A stretch of DNA of 64,000 nucleotides from Candidatus Aenigmatarchaeota archaeon (lineage in GTDB: Archaea > Aenigmatarchaeota > Aenigmatarchaeia > JACPZZ01): NCBI GenBank assembly GCA_016180965.1, contig JACPAF010000002.1, positions 82,529 to 146,528 on the forward strand. The letters run 5' to 3'. Under the pieces are notes generated by a model. The model saw only the letters and a program-made list of their open reading frames with translations, was not told the DNA's origin and did no database searches. Below, piece after piece: positions 1-7,892 of this stretch (positions within the stretch are counted from its first letter, which is position 1; each line of letters opens with the position of its first letter). The translations under genes were made by a program, and so were the position numbers.

Positions 1-2
1 AC

Positions 3-548
3 GGAACCAAGGGGATACAATATTTGAACGAGGCGATGGAACTTATCAAAGAGGGTTTCAAAAGCATGATGGACGAAGGGCCTTTGTCGAAAGAGCCGTG
101 CATGTTCTTGAAGGTTGTGATAACCGATGCTACGCTTCACGAAGACGCTGTACACAGGGGGCCGGCCCAGGTTTTGCCTGCGGTGCGATTTGCGATTAAA
201 GAAGGTATTTTGAAAGGCGACCCGTTTTTGCTGGAACCCAAGCAAATTATACGAGTCGATATTCCTAAGGAACAAATGGGCGGCGCGATCCGCGAGGTTC
301 AGAATAGGCGCGGCCAAATATTGGACATGGTCGAAGAGCGCGGCGCTTCGGTTATAACTGCCAAGGTTCCTGTGGCGGAAATGTTCGGTTTTGATTCCGC
401 ATTGAAATCTGCAACGGGCGGCCAGGGTTTCTATTCATTGATTGACGTAATGTTTGAAAGGATGCCAAGAGATTTGCAGGATAAAGCTGTGCTGCAAATA
501 CGCAAGAGAAAGGGAATGGTTGAAGAGATACCAAAACCGGAGAGTTAG
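3..548 (+). CDS. fusA: Elongation factor 2 (aEF-2), C-terminal part; 5' end is outside the window
   Basis: The frame is open from the window edge (GTKGIQYLNEAMELI...). It has the diphthamide-site motif 'HEDAVHRGPAQ' and 'AEMFGFDSALKSATGGQG'. Confidence 0.93.
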   Translation, partial: GTKGIQYLNEAMELIKEGFKSMMDEGPLSKEPCMFLKVVITDATLHEDAVHRGPAQVLPAVRFAIKEGILKGDPFLLEPKQIIRVDIPKEQMGGAIREVQNRRGQILDMVEERGASVITAKVPVAEMFGFDSALKSATGGQGFYSLIDVMFERMPRDLQDKAVLQIRKRKGMVEEIPKPES

Positions 549-580
549 AATCATTTTTTTGATTTTTTAATTGTTGATAA

Positions 581-937
581 TTAATAATTTAATTTCCAGT
601 CGATCATTACTAAACCCGATTTTGTGACTTTTCCGTTTATTTCTGCCGGCATTAAATCCTCTTCCGGCCTGAAAGGTTTATTCCCGTTGTAGAATCTGCG
701 CGCTTCGACTTCAACAGGCGACCCATTCCGATGTACAGGAATTATCAATCTTCTTCCCGGAAATTTTAACATGGGCGCGATGTGATTTTCAGGTCCTCTT
801 TCAGTTTCAAAATAACCTGATCGAAAAGTTTCGTTGAAGTGGCGTGCAAAATAATGCGGATGTTCTGCAAATTTCCCGCCTAGCCAATTATTAACGAATG
901 TAGAAGCCAGATAGACTTGTATTCTAGGATATCTCAT
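581..937 (-). CDS. Hypothetical protein, paralogue of 948..1403
   Basis: 118-aa ORF. It shares 'LKFPGRRLIIPVHRNGS' and a C-terminal 'SGLV..W' motif with its neighbour. No recognised domain. Confidence 0.55.
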   Translation of the reverse strand: MRYPRIQVYLASTFVNNWLGGKFAEHPHYFARHFNETFRSGYFETERGPENHIAPMLKFPGRRLIIPVHRNGSPVEVEARRFYNGNKPFRPEEDLMPAEINGKVTKSGLVMIDWKLNY

Positions 938-947
938 TCAGACCAAC

Positions 948-1403
948 TCAATATAGTGTTTTCCAGAAAACTTCCACGAGACCCGATCCCGTTTTTCCAC
1001 TTTTGATTTGTGCAGGATTTGTTTGCCTGCGACCCAACTGGAAAGGCCTTCTTTCATGATAGAATCCATGCGCTTCCATTGAAGTTTCAGAACCGTTTTG
1101 GTGCAAAGGAATTACGATACTTCTTTCTGGAAATCTCAGCCTGTATCTTCCATCGTTTGATAATTCCATGTAGCCCATCGAAAATCCATGGCCTAAACGA
1201 TCTATTATGGGCTGTGGATTGTGGCGATGAAAATATCTTCCGTGTTCCCATGTTTTTACGAAGCCCGGGGCGATGGAAACTTCGATAGTCAACGGTTCAA
1301 TTTTTCCTTGTCCATAAGTTGTGAAATGTGATTCTTGTCTTTTTTGTCGGTACTCCATAAAACCAGTTCGAAATAACACGGATTTTAAGGATTTATAACG
1401 CAT
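948..1403 (-). CDS. Hypothetical protein, paralogue of 581..937
   Basis: 151-aa ORF with 'LRFPERSIVIPLHQNGS' and 'GSGLVEVFWKTLY', matching its neighbour. His-rich. No recognised domain. Confidence 0.55.
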   Translation of the reverse strand: MRYKSLKSVLFRTGFMEYRQKRQESHFTTYGQGKIEPLTIEVSIAPGFVKTWEHGRYFHRHNPQPIIDRLGHGFSMGYMELSNDGRYRLRFPERSIVIPLHQNGSETSMEAHGFYHERRPFQLGRRQTNPAQIKSGKTGSGLVEVFWKTLY

Positions 1404-1486
1404 TTTACGGGAGAAAGTTTAGTTGAAATCACGTCATTCCAGTAAGCTATTTAAATATAACAGTGCTAAATAAGAGGTGATCAGCA

Positions 1487-2749
1487 ATGGCGAAACCGCA
1501 TATTAACATCATGACATCTGGGCACGTAGACCATGGAAAATCCACTTTGATAGGCCGATTGCTGTTCGATACGGGCGCAATCCGTGAAGACGAGATGCGC
1601 AAGTTGAAAGAAACGGCGACAGAATTAAAAAAAGAAACTTTTGAGTTCGCGTTTGCAATGGATACTTCCAAGGAAGAGCGTGAGCGAGGCGTAACGATAG
1701 ATTTGATGCACAAGCCTTTTGAAACACAGAAGAATTATTTCACGATCATAGATGCACCGGGCCACAGGGACTTTGTAAAGAACATGATTACCGGAGCAAG
1801 CCAAGCTGATGCTGCAATTTTGCTTTGTTCTGCAAAAGAAGGAATTCAGGATCAAACAAGAGAACACGCTTATTTGTTAAAAGTTTTGGGTATAAAGCAG
1901 ATGACTGTCGCAATAAACAAGATGGATGCTGTTGGATACGATGAAGCGAAGTTCAACGCGATAAAATCCGAAGTCACGAAGCTTTTGCAGGGCATTGGTT
2001 ACAAAATTGACGCTGTCCCAATGATTCCGGTTTCCGGTTACATGGGCGATAACGTTGTTAAGAAATCTGATAAGATGCCATGGTACAAAGGGCCGACGTT
2101 ACTTGAATCCTTAGATTCTATCCAGCTTCCTCCTAAACCAATTGACAAGCCGTTGAGATTACCAGTCCAAGATGTTTATGATATCAAGGGTATCGGTATA
2201 GTTCCTGTAGGAAGGATTGAAACAGGTGTAATGAAGCCGGGCGATCAAATCGTTTTCATGCCTTCTGGTACAAAAGCTGAAGTTAAATCGGTTGAAATGC
2301 ACCACAAGCAATTGACGCAAGCGGAACCAGGCGATAACGTCGGTTTCAACGTACGCGGCATATCACGCGACCAAATTAAGCGCGGTGATGTAGTTGGAAG
2401 GCCTGAGAACCCTCCGACTGTTGCAAAGGAATTCACAGCCCAGATAATCATATTGAACCATCCTACTGTCATAACAAAAGGGTACACGCCTGTATTCCAT
2501 TGCCACACAGCACAGATGGCCGGTGAAATATTCGAGATTGTAAAGAAATTGGATCCGAAAACAGGTGCAACGATTGCAGAAAACCCTGATTTGTTAAAGA
2601 CAGGAGATGCTGCGATCGTTAAGATAAGACCTGCGAAACCATTGGTAGTTGAGAAGCAGGCTGATTTCCCGCAATTAGCCAGATTCGCGATCCGCGACAT
2701 GGGCCAGACTGTGGCGGCCGGCGTTGTCATAGACTTGGTCAAGGCTTAA
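1487..2749 (+). CDS. tuf: Elongation factor 1-alpha (aEF-1alpha)
   Basis: GTPase motifs 'GHVDHGKST', 'DAPGH' and 'NKMD' in a full-length 420-aa ORF. 'GAGGTGA' lies 7 nt upstream of the ATG. Confidence 0.97.
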   Translation: MAKPHINIMTSGHVDHGKSTLIGRLLFDTGAIREDEMRKLKETATELKKETFEFAFAMDTSKEERERGVTIDLMHKPFETQKNYFTIIDAPGHRDFVKNMITGASQADAAILLCSAKEGIQDQTREHAYLLKVLGIKQMTVAINKMDAVGYDEAKFNAIKSEVTKLLQGIGYKIDAVPMIPVSGYMGDNVVKKSDKMPWYKGPTLLESLDSIQLPPKPIDKPLRLPVQDVYDIKGIGIVPVGRIETGVMKPGDQIVFMPSGTKAEVKSVEMHHKQLTQAEPGDNVGFNVRGISRDQIKRGDVVGRPENPPTVAKEFTAQIIILNHPTVITKGYTPVFHCHTAQMAGEIFEIVKKLDPKTGATIAENPDLLKTGDAAIVKIRPAKPLVVEKQADFPQLARFAIRDMGQTVAAGVVIDLVKA

Positions 2750-2833
2750 TTTTATTTCAAGTTTTTTTGATTAGTTTTTTGGTCGGTTTTTGATGTTTTT
2801 TGGGTATAAATCTTTTTAGGTCATTTTATAAAA

Positions 2834-3172
2834 ATGCCCAAACTAACTACAGAGCAATTAAGAGAACTTTATCCTGTGGCCCAGGTTTACACACCTTTGG
2901 GCGGTTATGATATTCAAAGAACTAGCAGGAGAATAACAGCTTTGGTTGTTGTGGAAGATGAAAGGGGCGGAAGGGATCTCAGGTTTTATAGCTGGCTAAA
3001 AAAAAGAACCGGACAGCAGGATGGGGATGATGAATCGGAAAGCGGAAAAGCCGGTTATCGATGGAAAGTGGATTTGGCGCGAAATTCTGTGGTCCACTGG
3101 AATTTGAGGGAGCTTGCCATACAAGGTAATAGACTTGCCAAAAAATATAATGTAAAAATGGATGATTTTTGA
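2834..3172 (+). CDS. Hypothetical protein (112 aa)
   Basis: Clean ORF in the slot after tuf where rps10 usually sits, but the sequence does not resemble uS10. Confidence 0.45.
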   Translation: MPKLTTEQLRELYPVAQVYTPLGGYDIQRTSRRITALVVVEDERGGRDLRFYSWLKKRTGQQDGDDESESGKAGYRWKVDLARNSVVHWNLRELAIQGNRLAKKYNVKMDDF

Positions 3173-3224
3173 TTTTTTATCGCAGCTTTAAATCTGAACC
3201 AACCGAATTTCTATTTAACATTTG

Positions 3225-3461
3225 CTGAGGTAGCCAAGCTAGGTCCACGGCGCTGGTCTGGAATGTATAGGAACAAGTTGTCCGCGGGAAAGTGGTTTTC
3301 CAAAAGAGAACTATTACAGTTTATCTTCGGATAGATTGTAAACGTATGTTTGCTAGTTTACCGATGTAAACTGCAGCAGTTTTGCCATGCAAAACTTGCT
3401 TTCCTACGGCCAGAGAGCCAGTGTGCGCAAGCACGCGGGGGTTCAAATCCCTCCCTCAGCG
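3225..3461 (+). tRNA. tRNA-Ser (anticodon GGA) with a 151-nt intron at the canonical 37/38 site (about 3265..3415)
   Basis: Acceptor stem GCTGAGG/CCTCAGC. D arm GCC..GGC. Anticodon stem CTGGT/GCCAG with loop CT-GGA-A. Long variable arm GTGC-GCAA-GCAC. T arm GGGGG-TTCAAAT-CCCTC. A central 4-bp helix CTGG/CCAG is flanked by 3-nt bulges AA|T and AG|A. No CCA is encoded. Confidence 0.85.
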
Positions 3462-3556
3462 TTGGAGTAAAACACAAGCGTCCTTACTGCGAAAAGAGAT
3501 GAAAGCGGTGCAAGGAATCGCGCGATTCGATGCACGTATTGTATTAGATGGTAAAA

Positions 3557-4546
3557 TCATCTTACCCATAACCAGGTATTTTTTCCTGTGTCTGCTACAG
3601 AGCAACAGCTGCTATAGACTCCGGAACTGCCTGTACCGCTGCTTATGCCAAACCCTAAAACAGAATCTACTGAGTTGCAATCGTTTTCGTTATTTCCTAG
3701 GTATCCCCATCTCACTTTACGGCTCCCATCGTTGTTGAAGCCTCTTGTGCCACAATTGGATTGGGCTGTTAAACTGAAAACGGCGTCGAATTGGGCTCTT
3801 GTTGGGCCCTCCTGCAAAAACGGACCGCTGAAAAGAGAGAGCGCAGACGTTTTTTGTGCGCCAAATGTGTGAGACAGACAATTCGATGTTGACGTAGTGA
3901 CGCAGCCCCTGATTTCTTGAAATGAAACCGTGTTGAATGATTTGTATTTTGCAGAGTTGGCTGCCAACGTCAAGTCTTCAGGATTTAGTGTGTTGGAGGT
4001 GGTCCAGTAATTGCTTGAATATTTCAGTGTGTTGGACGAGCTCAGGGTTTTCATGATCAATGTCCACCCGCCGTTGGCCATGTCGCAATAAACTTGAAAA
4101 ATGTCGTCCGATGTCGGTGCGATATCGTACAATCCATCCACGGCAGAGCCATCGAGGTTCAAAATGTCTTTGCACGACACACCTATAGGGACTGTTACGG
4201 TCAAAGTCGCGGTGTTGCATATGCTGGATGTGCACAACATTAATTTGTGACTGCCTTTTTCCATAACAGCAATGGGCTTTATCAATGCCGCCTCTCCGGC
4301 TTGTATGCTGCTTGGCATGAGAAGGTTTACGGAGTTCCCGTCCAAAGTCGCTGCAATGCTGGCGACGGCGTTTGTCCCGTCATTCCTTACGATTATCTGG
4401 TTGTTGGCGCTGCCCACAACATTTAACACGTTAGCGGCCTGGCTTGTGAACATCCCGGAAATAAAAACGTAGGTTGTGCCGATTATACCGACCGTGATTA
4501 TCAACAAAAGTGTGATTGCGATAACGGGTGTCACTGCTTTCCTCAT
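3557..4546 (-). CDS. Class-III-signal (archaeal type IV pilin-like) surface protein with an Ig-like domain and a C-terminal fibrinogen-related domain
   Basis: The N-terminus 'MRKAVTPVIAITLLLIITVGIIG' is a prepilin-type signal. 'SCKDIL..DGLYDIAP...FQVYCDMANGGWTLI' matches the fibrinogen C-terminal domain signature. Confidence 0.75.
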   Translation of the reverse strand: MRKAVTPVIAITLLLIITVGIIGTTYVFISGMFTSQAANVLNVVGSANNQIIVRNDGTNAVASIAATLDGNSVNLLMPSSIQAGEAALIKPIAVMEKGSHKLMLCTSSICNTATLTVTVPIGVSCKDILNLDGSAVDGLYDIAPTSDDIFQVYCDMANGGWTLIMKTLSSSNTLKYSSNYWTTSNTLNPEDLTLAANSAKYKSFNTVSFQEIRGCVTTSTSNCLSHTFGAQKTSALSLFSGPFLQEGPTRAQFDAVFSLTAQSNCGTRGFNNDGSRKVRWGYLGNNENDCNSVDSVLGFGISSGTGSSGVYSSCCSVADTGKNTWLWVR

Positions 4547-4686
4547 GAATCAATTTGAATATCGGTGGATAAAAGTTTATGTTCACAATATCCGGAAGCG
4601 TAAAACTCTTGGATGATAATATGATCATGATTCCGGACCGAGGCGAAACTTTAAATAAACTTGTCTACAACTGATCTTTGGTAAAT

Positions 4687-5088
4687 ATGACCATGCCAAA
4701 ATTTAGTGCCAGACTGCCCGATAAAACCGGCGGTTACAAAGTATTGCAAATCTATCAGCGGGGAGAGCCTGTTTTTGTAACTGGCAATTATGATGTTTAT
4801 GCGAGGGACCTGCTTAGAAAATATTATAAAGAGATGGGAATATCACACAAAGAAACGAAGAGCCAATCCGGTCCTATGATGCCAGATATAACTGATACGG
4901 AAGATCAAAGGGTTGCTGGCATGGGGTCTGTTTTTGTGGTACCGAATCTCAAACGGGCCAATTTTGACGGTTTGAGCATTGATTATGATCTGTGGTTGGA
5001 TGAAACCCATTTGAAACAATCAAAAGGATTGTATCCAGGCTGGACTTTCATGCTGCGGGGCAAGAACGGCGTTTATGTTCCGGTCTGA
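4687..5088 (+). CDS. Hypothetical protein (133 aa from the ATG at 4687)
   Basis: The ORF in the track starts at TTG 4678. The ATG at 4687 lies about 30 nt after the TATA-like 'CTTTAAATAAAC' (4647-4658), which suggests a leaderless transcript. Confidence 0.5.
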   Translation: MTMPKFSARLPDKTGGYKVLQIYQRGEPVFVTGNYDVYARDLLRKYYKEMGISHKETKSQSGPMMPDITDTEDQRVAGMGSVFVVPNLKRANFDGLSIDYDLWLDETHLKQSKGLYPGWTFMLRGKNGVYVPV

Positions 5089-5096
5089 TTATGCAA

Positions 5097-5144
5097 CGAA
5101 AACCAAAAGGTTTTCGTGCATAGGAAATTTGATAATTTCCTATG
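5097..5144 (+). repeat. Double-hairpin element, copy 1 (hairpin A CGAAAACC/GGTTTTCG followed by hairpin B CATAGGAAAT/ATTTCCTATG)
   Basis: Two adjacent perfect stems separated by TG. The same architecture recurs at 12603..12645 (minus strand) and 46771..46817. Confidence 0.8.
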
Positions 5145-5180
5145 TTTATTAAAACCACGCGACTAAACTACTGAGTAAAC

Positions 5181-5771
5181 ATGAAAAAAGAAATTGTAAT
5201 CGGCGTTGTTTTATTAACTGCGGTCCTTTTATTTATTGTATCCAAACCCATAATCAATGGACAAAGTGGAAATGATATGAATAAGATTGTTGTGTTAGAG
5301 ACTTCGAAAGGAAATGTAGAGGTACAACTTGATAATGTGAACGCGCCGATCACGACTGCGAATTTTTTGCGTTATGTCAATGAAGGCTTTTACAATGGCA
5401 CCATATTTCATCGTGTGATGCCTGGTTTTATGGCGCAGGGCGGAGGATTTACGCCAAATGGCACGGAAAAACAAACACACGAAGCGATAAAACTTGAATC
5501 AAATAACGGATTGAAAAACAAACGCGGAACGATTGCGATGGCTCGGACTTCGGTTCCGGACAGCGCGACGAGCCAGTTTTTTATCAATGCGGTTGACAAT
5601 TCTTTTTTGGATTACGCGCACGGGAATGACGGTTATGCGGTTTTTGGCAGTGTCACGAAAGGTATGGAGGTCGTCGATTCGATCCTTTCTGTGAAAACGG
5701 GCGATAGAGGATCATTTTCGGATTGGCCTTTGCAGGATATTGTTATAAAAGGCGCTTACGTTAAAAAATAA
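5181..5771 (+). CDS. Peptidyl-prolyl cis-trans isomerase (cyclophilin type) with an N-terminal membrane anchor or signal
   Basis: 'FHRVMPGFMAQGGGF' and 'GTIAMARTSVPDSATSQFFIN' are cyclophilin motifs. The N-terminus is hydrophobic. Confidence 0.92.
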   Translation: MKKEIVIGVVLLTAVLLFIVSKPIINGQSGNDMNKIVVLETSKGNVEVQLDNVNAPITTANFLRYVNEGFYNGTIFHRVMPGFMAQGGGFTPNGTEKQTHEAIKLESNNGLKNKRGTIAMARTSVPDSATSQFFINAVDNSFLDYAHGNDGYAVFGSVTKGMEVVDSILSVKTGDRGSFSDWPLQDIVIKGAYVKK

Positions 5772-5816
5772 GTAAATATTTTTGTTAAATTAACAATCGA
5801 TTGTGGATGATAGTTT

Positions 5817-6620
5817 ATGTGGGGAGACAAATCGGGGGAAACAAAAAAAGAAACTAATTGGCTGGGAGAAACCAAAGAATCCCATTATGACAGCGGCGGT
5901 AGCAAAATAGGAGAGACGAGATTTTCTACTAATTGGCTGGGCGGGTCGAAACAAGAACACTATGATTCGTCTGGAAACAAGGTTGGAGAAACGCGAAAAG
6001 GAACGGATTGGTTGGGCGGGGATAGAGCAGATCATTACGATGCACGAGGCGACAAGATCGGCACGAGCCGGGATGGGGTTGATTTCTTGGGCCAACCCGT
6101 CCAGAGGCATTACGATGTGCAAGGCAGTCAGATTGGATCGACGAGGCGAACTACTGATTTGTTAGGCACATCAAAGAAGGTGCATGAAGGCGATTGGCTT
6201 AAAGCTCCTTTGTCCAATTATCCAGCTGAAAGTACGGGCGGAAGCGGAGGAGATAGACATGATACACCTGCAAGTGCACCGCAATCCAGTTATGGGAACC
6301 AACCCCAACAACGACTGGCGCAAGATGCAGCGAGGGAACGCTTTGGGAAGGAATGGGACAAGAGCTTCGATCGTTCGATGAGGGAAATAGATGAAAAATT
6401 TGCACGAATCCAAGCAGAGTATCGTAAAAGCGAACTGGAACAAAAAAGAAAGCGGGACGAGGAGGATAGGCGCGTTCGAGTGGAATTGGACAAAGCTATT
6501 GAGCGTATTAGGATTGCCAATGTTGAGTATGAACAACAGGAAAGGAGAGAATGGAACGAGGTGTTTGAGCGTTCTCGCAGAGCATCAGAAGAAGTGGAAC
6601 GGGTTTTATCAGGACTATAG
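5817..6620 (+). CDS. Repeat protein: about 4.5 tandem 25-aa 'WLGxxxxHYDxxGxKIGxTR' repeats plus a charged coiled-coil C-terminus
   Basis: 75-nt periodic repeats run from about 5853 to 6200 (TNWLGETKESHYDSGGSKIGETRFS, then TNWLGGSKQEHYDSSGNKVGETRKG, and so on). The C-terminal third is rich in E, R and K. Confidence 0.6.
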   Translation: MWGDKSGETKKETNWLGETKESHYDSGGSKIGETRFSTNWLGGSKQEHYDSSGNKVGETRKGTDWLGGDRADHYDARGDKIGTSRDGVDFLGQPVQRHYDVQGSQIGSTRRTTDLLGTSKKVHEGDWLKAPLSNYPAESTGGSGGDRHDTPASAPQSSYGNQPQQRLAQDAARERFGKEWDKSFDRSMREIDEKFARIQAEYRKSELEQKRKRDEEDRRVRVELDKAIERIRIANVEYEQQERREWNEVFERSRRASEEVERVLSGL

Positions 6621-6695
6621 AAGCGGGAATAGGTTTGTACACCTTATCCCAGCCTTATTAATGATCACGCCCTAATTATTGGGGAAGATGAAGAG

Positions 6696-7892
6696 ATGAA
6701 TTTTGAAGATTTGCACCTAAAACCGGAATTATTGAAGGCTGTCCGTGAATTGGAGTTCACAGAATTAACTGAAATACAGGAGAAAAGCATACCTGAGATA
6801 CAGGCCGGCAAGGATATTGTCGGACAATCAAGCACAGGCTCAGGAAAAACCGCAGCTTTTGGACTGCCTATTTTACAGAAGATTGAGCACGGTAAAGGCA
6901 TTCAAGCGCTAATTTTGACTCCTACCAGAGAGTTGTGTGTTCAGGTCACGGATGCGCTAAGAAGTTTTGCTAAATATACCAATGTCAGCGTAGCCAGCGT
7001 TTTTGGCGGTGTTTCAATCGAACCTCAAGTAAATGCGCTGCGCAATGCGGATGTTATTGTCGGAACTCCGGGCAGGATTTTAGACCACACGGAACGCAGG
7101 ACGATAAATTATCAAAATGTGCGCTTTTTGGTCATAGACGAAGCCGATAAAATGTTTGAAATGGGCTTTATCGAAGACGTCGAAAAGATCATAAGACATA
7201 TTCCGAACCAAAGACAAACCATGTTATTCAGCGCGACCATGCCGTCGGAAGTAAGACACATAGTTGAAAAACATTTAATTTCACCGGTGACTATTAAGGG
7301 AATTGTTTACGTTGACACGAGCTTGCTGCGACAGGTCTATTACGACGTAAAGCCGCATGATAAATTTTCCTTGTTAGTTCACCTGTTAAAACAAAACAAG
7401 GAAGGCATTGCACTGGTTTTCTGCGCAACCCGAAGGGAAGCGGACGCTGTCGCATTCAATTTGAAAGAACAGGGAATAAACGCGATGGCGATACACGGGG
7501 GAATGGAACAGAATAAACGCTTAAAATCGGTTGAGGCTTTGAAAAACGAAACTATCAATGTGCTTGTTGCGACGGACGTTGCAGCGCGCGGTCTCGATAT
7601 CCGCAACGTATCACACGTTTACAATTATGACGTACCAAAAACGTCTTCCGATTACATACATCGCGTTGGGCGCACTGCGAGAGCGGGCGGAGAAGGCGAT
7701 GCTGTTACATTGTTATCCGAACGCGACCATGGAAGTTTCACAATGGTCTTGCGTGACCGCAGTTTGAAGATAACGCGTTCTGAAAAGCCCGGTTTTGAGC
7801 GTGTGCCTTTCAAAAGATCCGAAGGGCGAGAAGGAGGTTTCAGGAAACATAATTTCCGCAGGCCGAGTTTCAATAGAAGGCCGAGATACTAG
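6696..7892 (+). CDS. DEAD-box ATP-dependent RNA helicase
   Basis: Motifs 'GQSSTGSGKT', 'PTRELC', 'VIDEADKM', 'SAT' and 'HRVGRTARAG'. Confidence 0.95.
   Translation: MNFEDLHLKPELLKAVRELEFTELTEIQEKSIPEIQAGKDIVGQSSTGSGKTAAFGLPILQKIEHGKGIQALILTPTRELCVQVTDALRSFAKYTNVSVASVFGGVSIEPQVNALRNADVIVGTPGRILDHTERRTINYQNVRFLVIDEADKMFEMGFIEDVEKIIRHIPNQRQTMLFSATMPSEVRHIVEKHLISPVTIKGIVYVDTSLLRQVYYDVKPHDKFSLLVHLLKQNKEGIALVFCATRREADAVAFNLKEQGINAMAIHGGMEQNKRLKSVEALKNETINVLVATDVAARGLDIRNVSHVYNYDVPKTSSDYIHRVGRTARAGGEGDAVTLLSERDHGSFTMVLRDRSLKITRSEKPGFERVPFKRSEGREGGFRKHNFRRPSFNRRPRY

Noticed and set aside
2834-3172. Possible divergent rps10 in the conserved post-tuf position
   Set aside because: The 112-aa sequence shows none of the uS10 hallmarks, for example the 'GPIPLPT' loop. 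It is kept as hypothetical.
3265-3415. A C/D-box sRNA or homing-endonuclease ORF hidden in the long tRNA-Ser intron
   Set aside because: No RUGAUGA/CUGA box pair is present and no ORF of meaningful length lies in the 151 nt.
3515-3528. The perfect 14-nt palindrome GAATCGCGCGATTC between tRNA-Ser and the pilin-like gene 3' end
   Set aside because: It is a single short loop-less palindrome with no second copy in the window. That is insufficient to call a regulatory site or a terminator.
3382-3738. A 118-aa plus-strand ORF spanning the tRNA-Ser 3' exon
   Set aside because: It overlaps the tRNA and then runs antisense to the pilin-like gene. It has no motifs and unusual composition.
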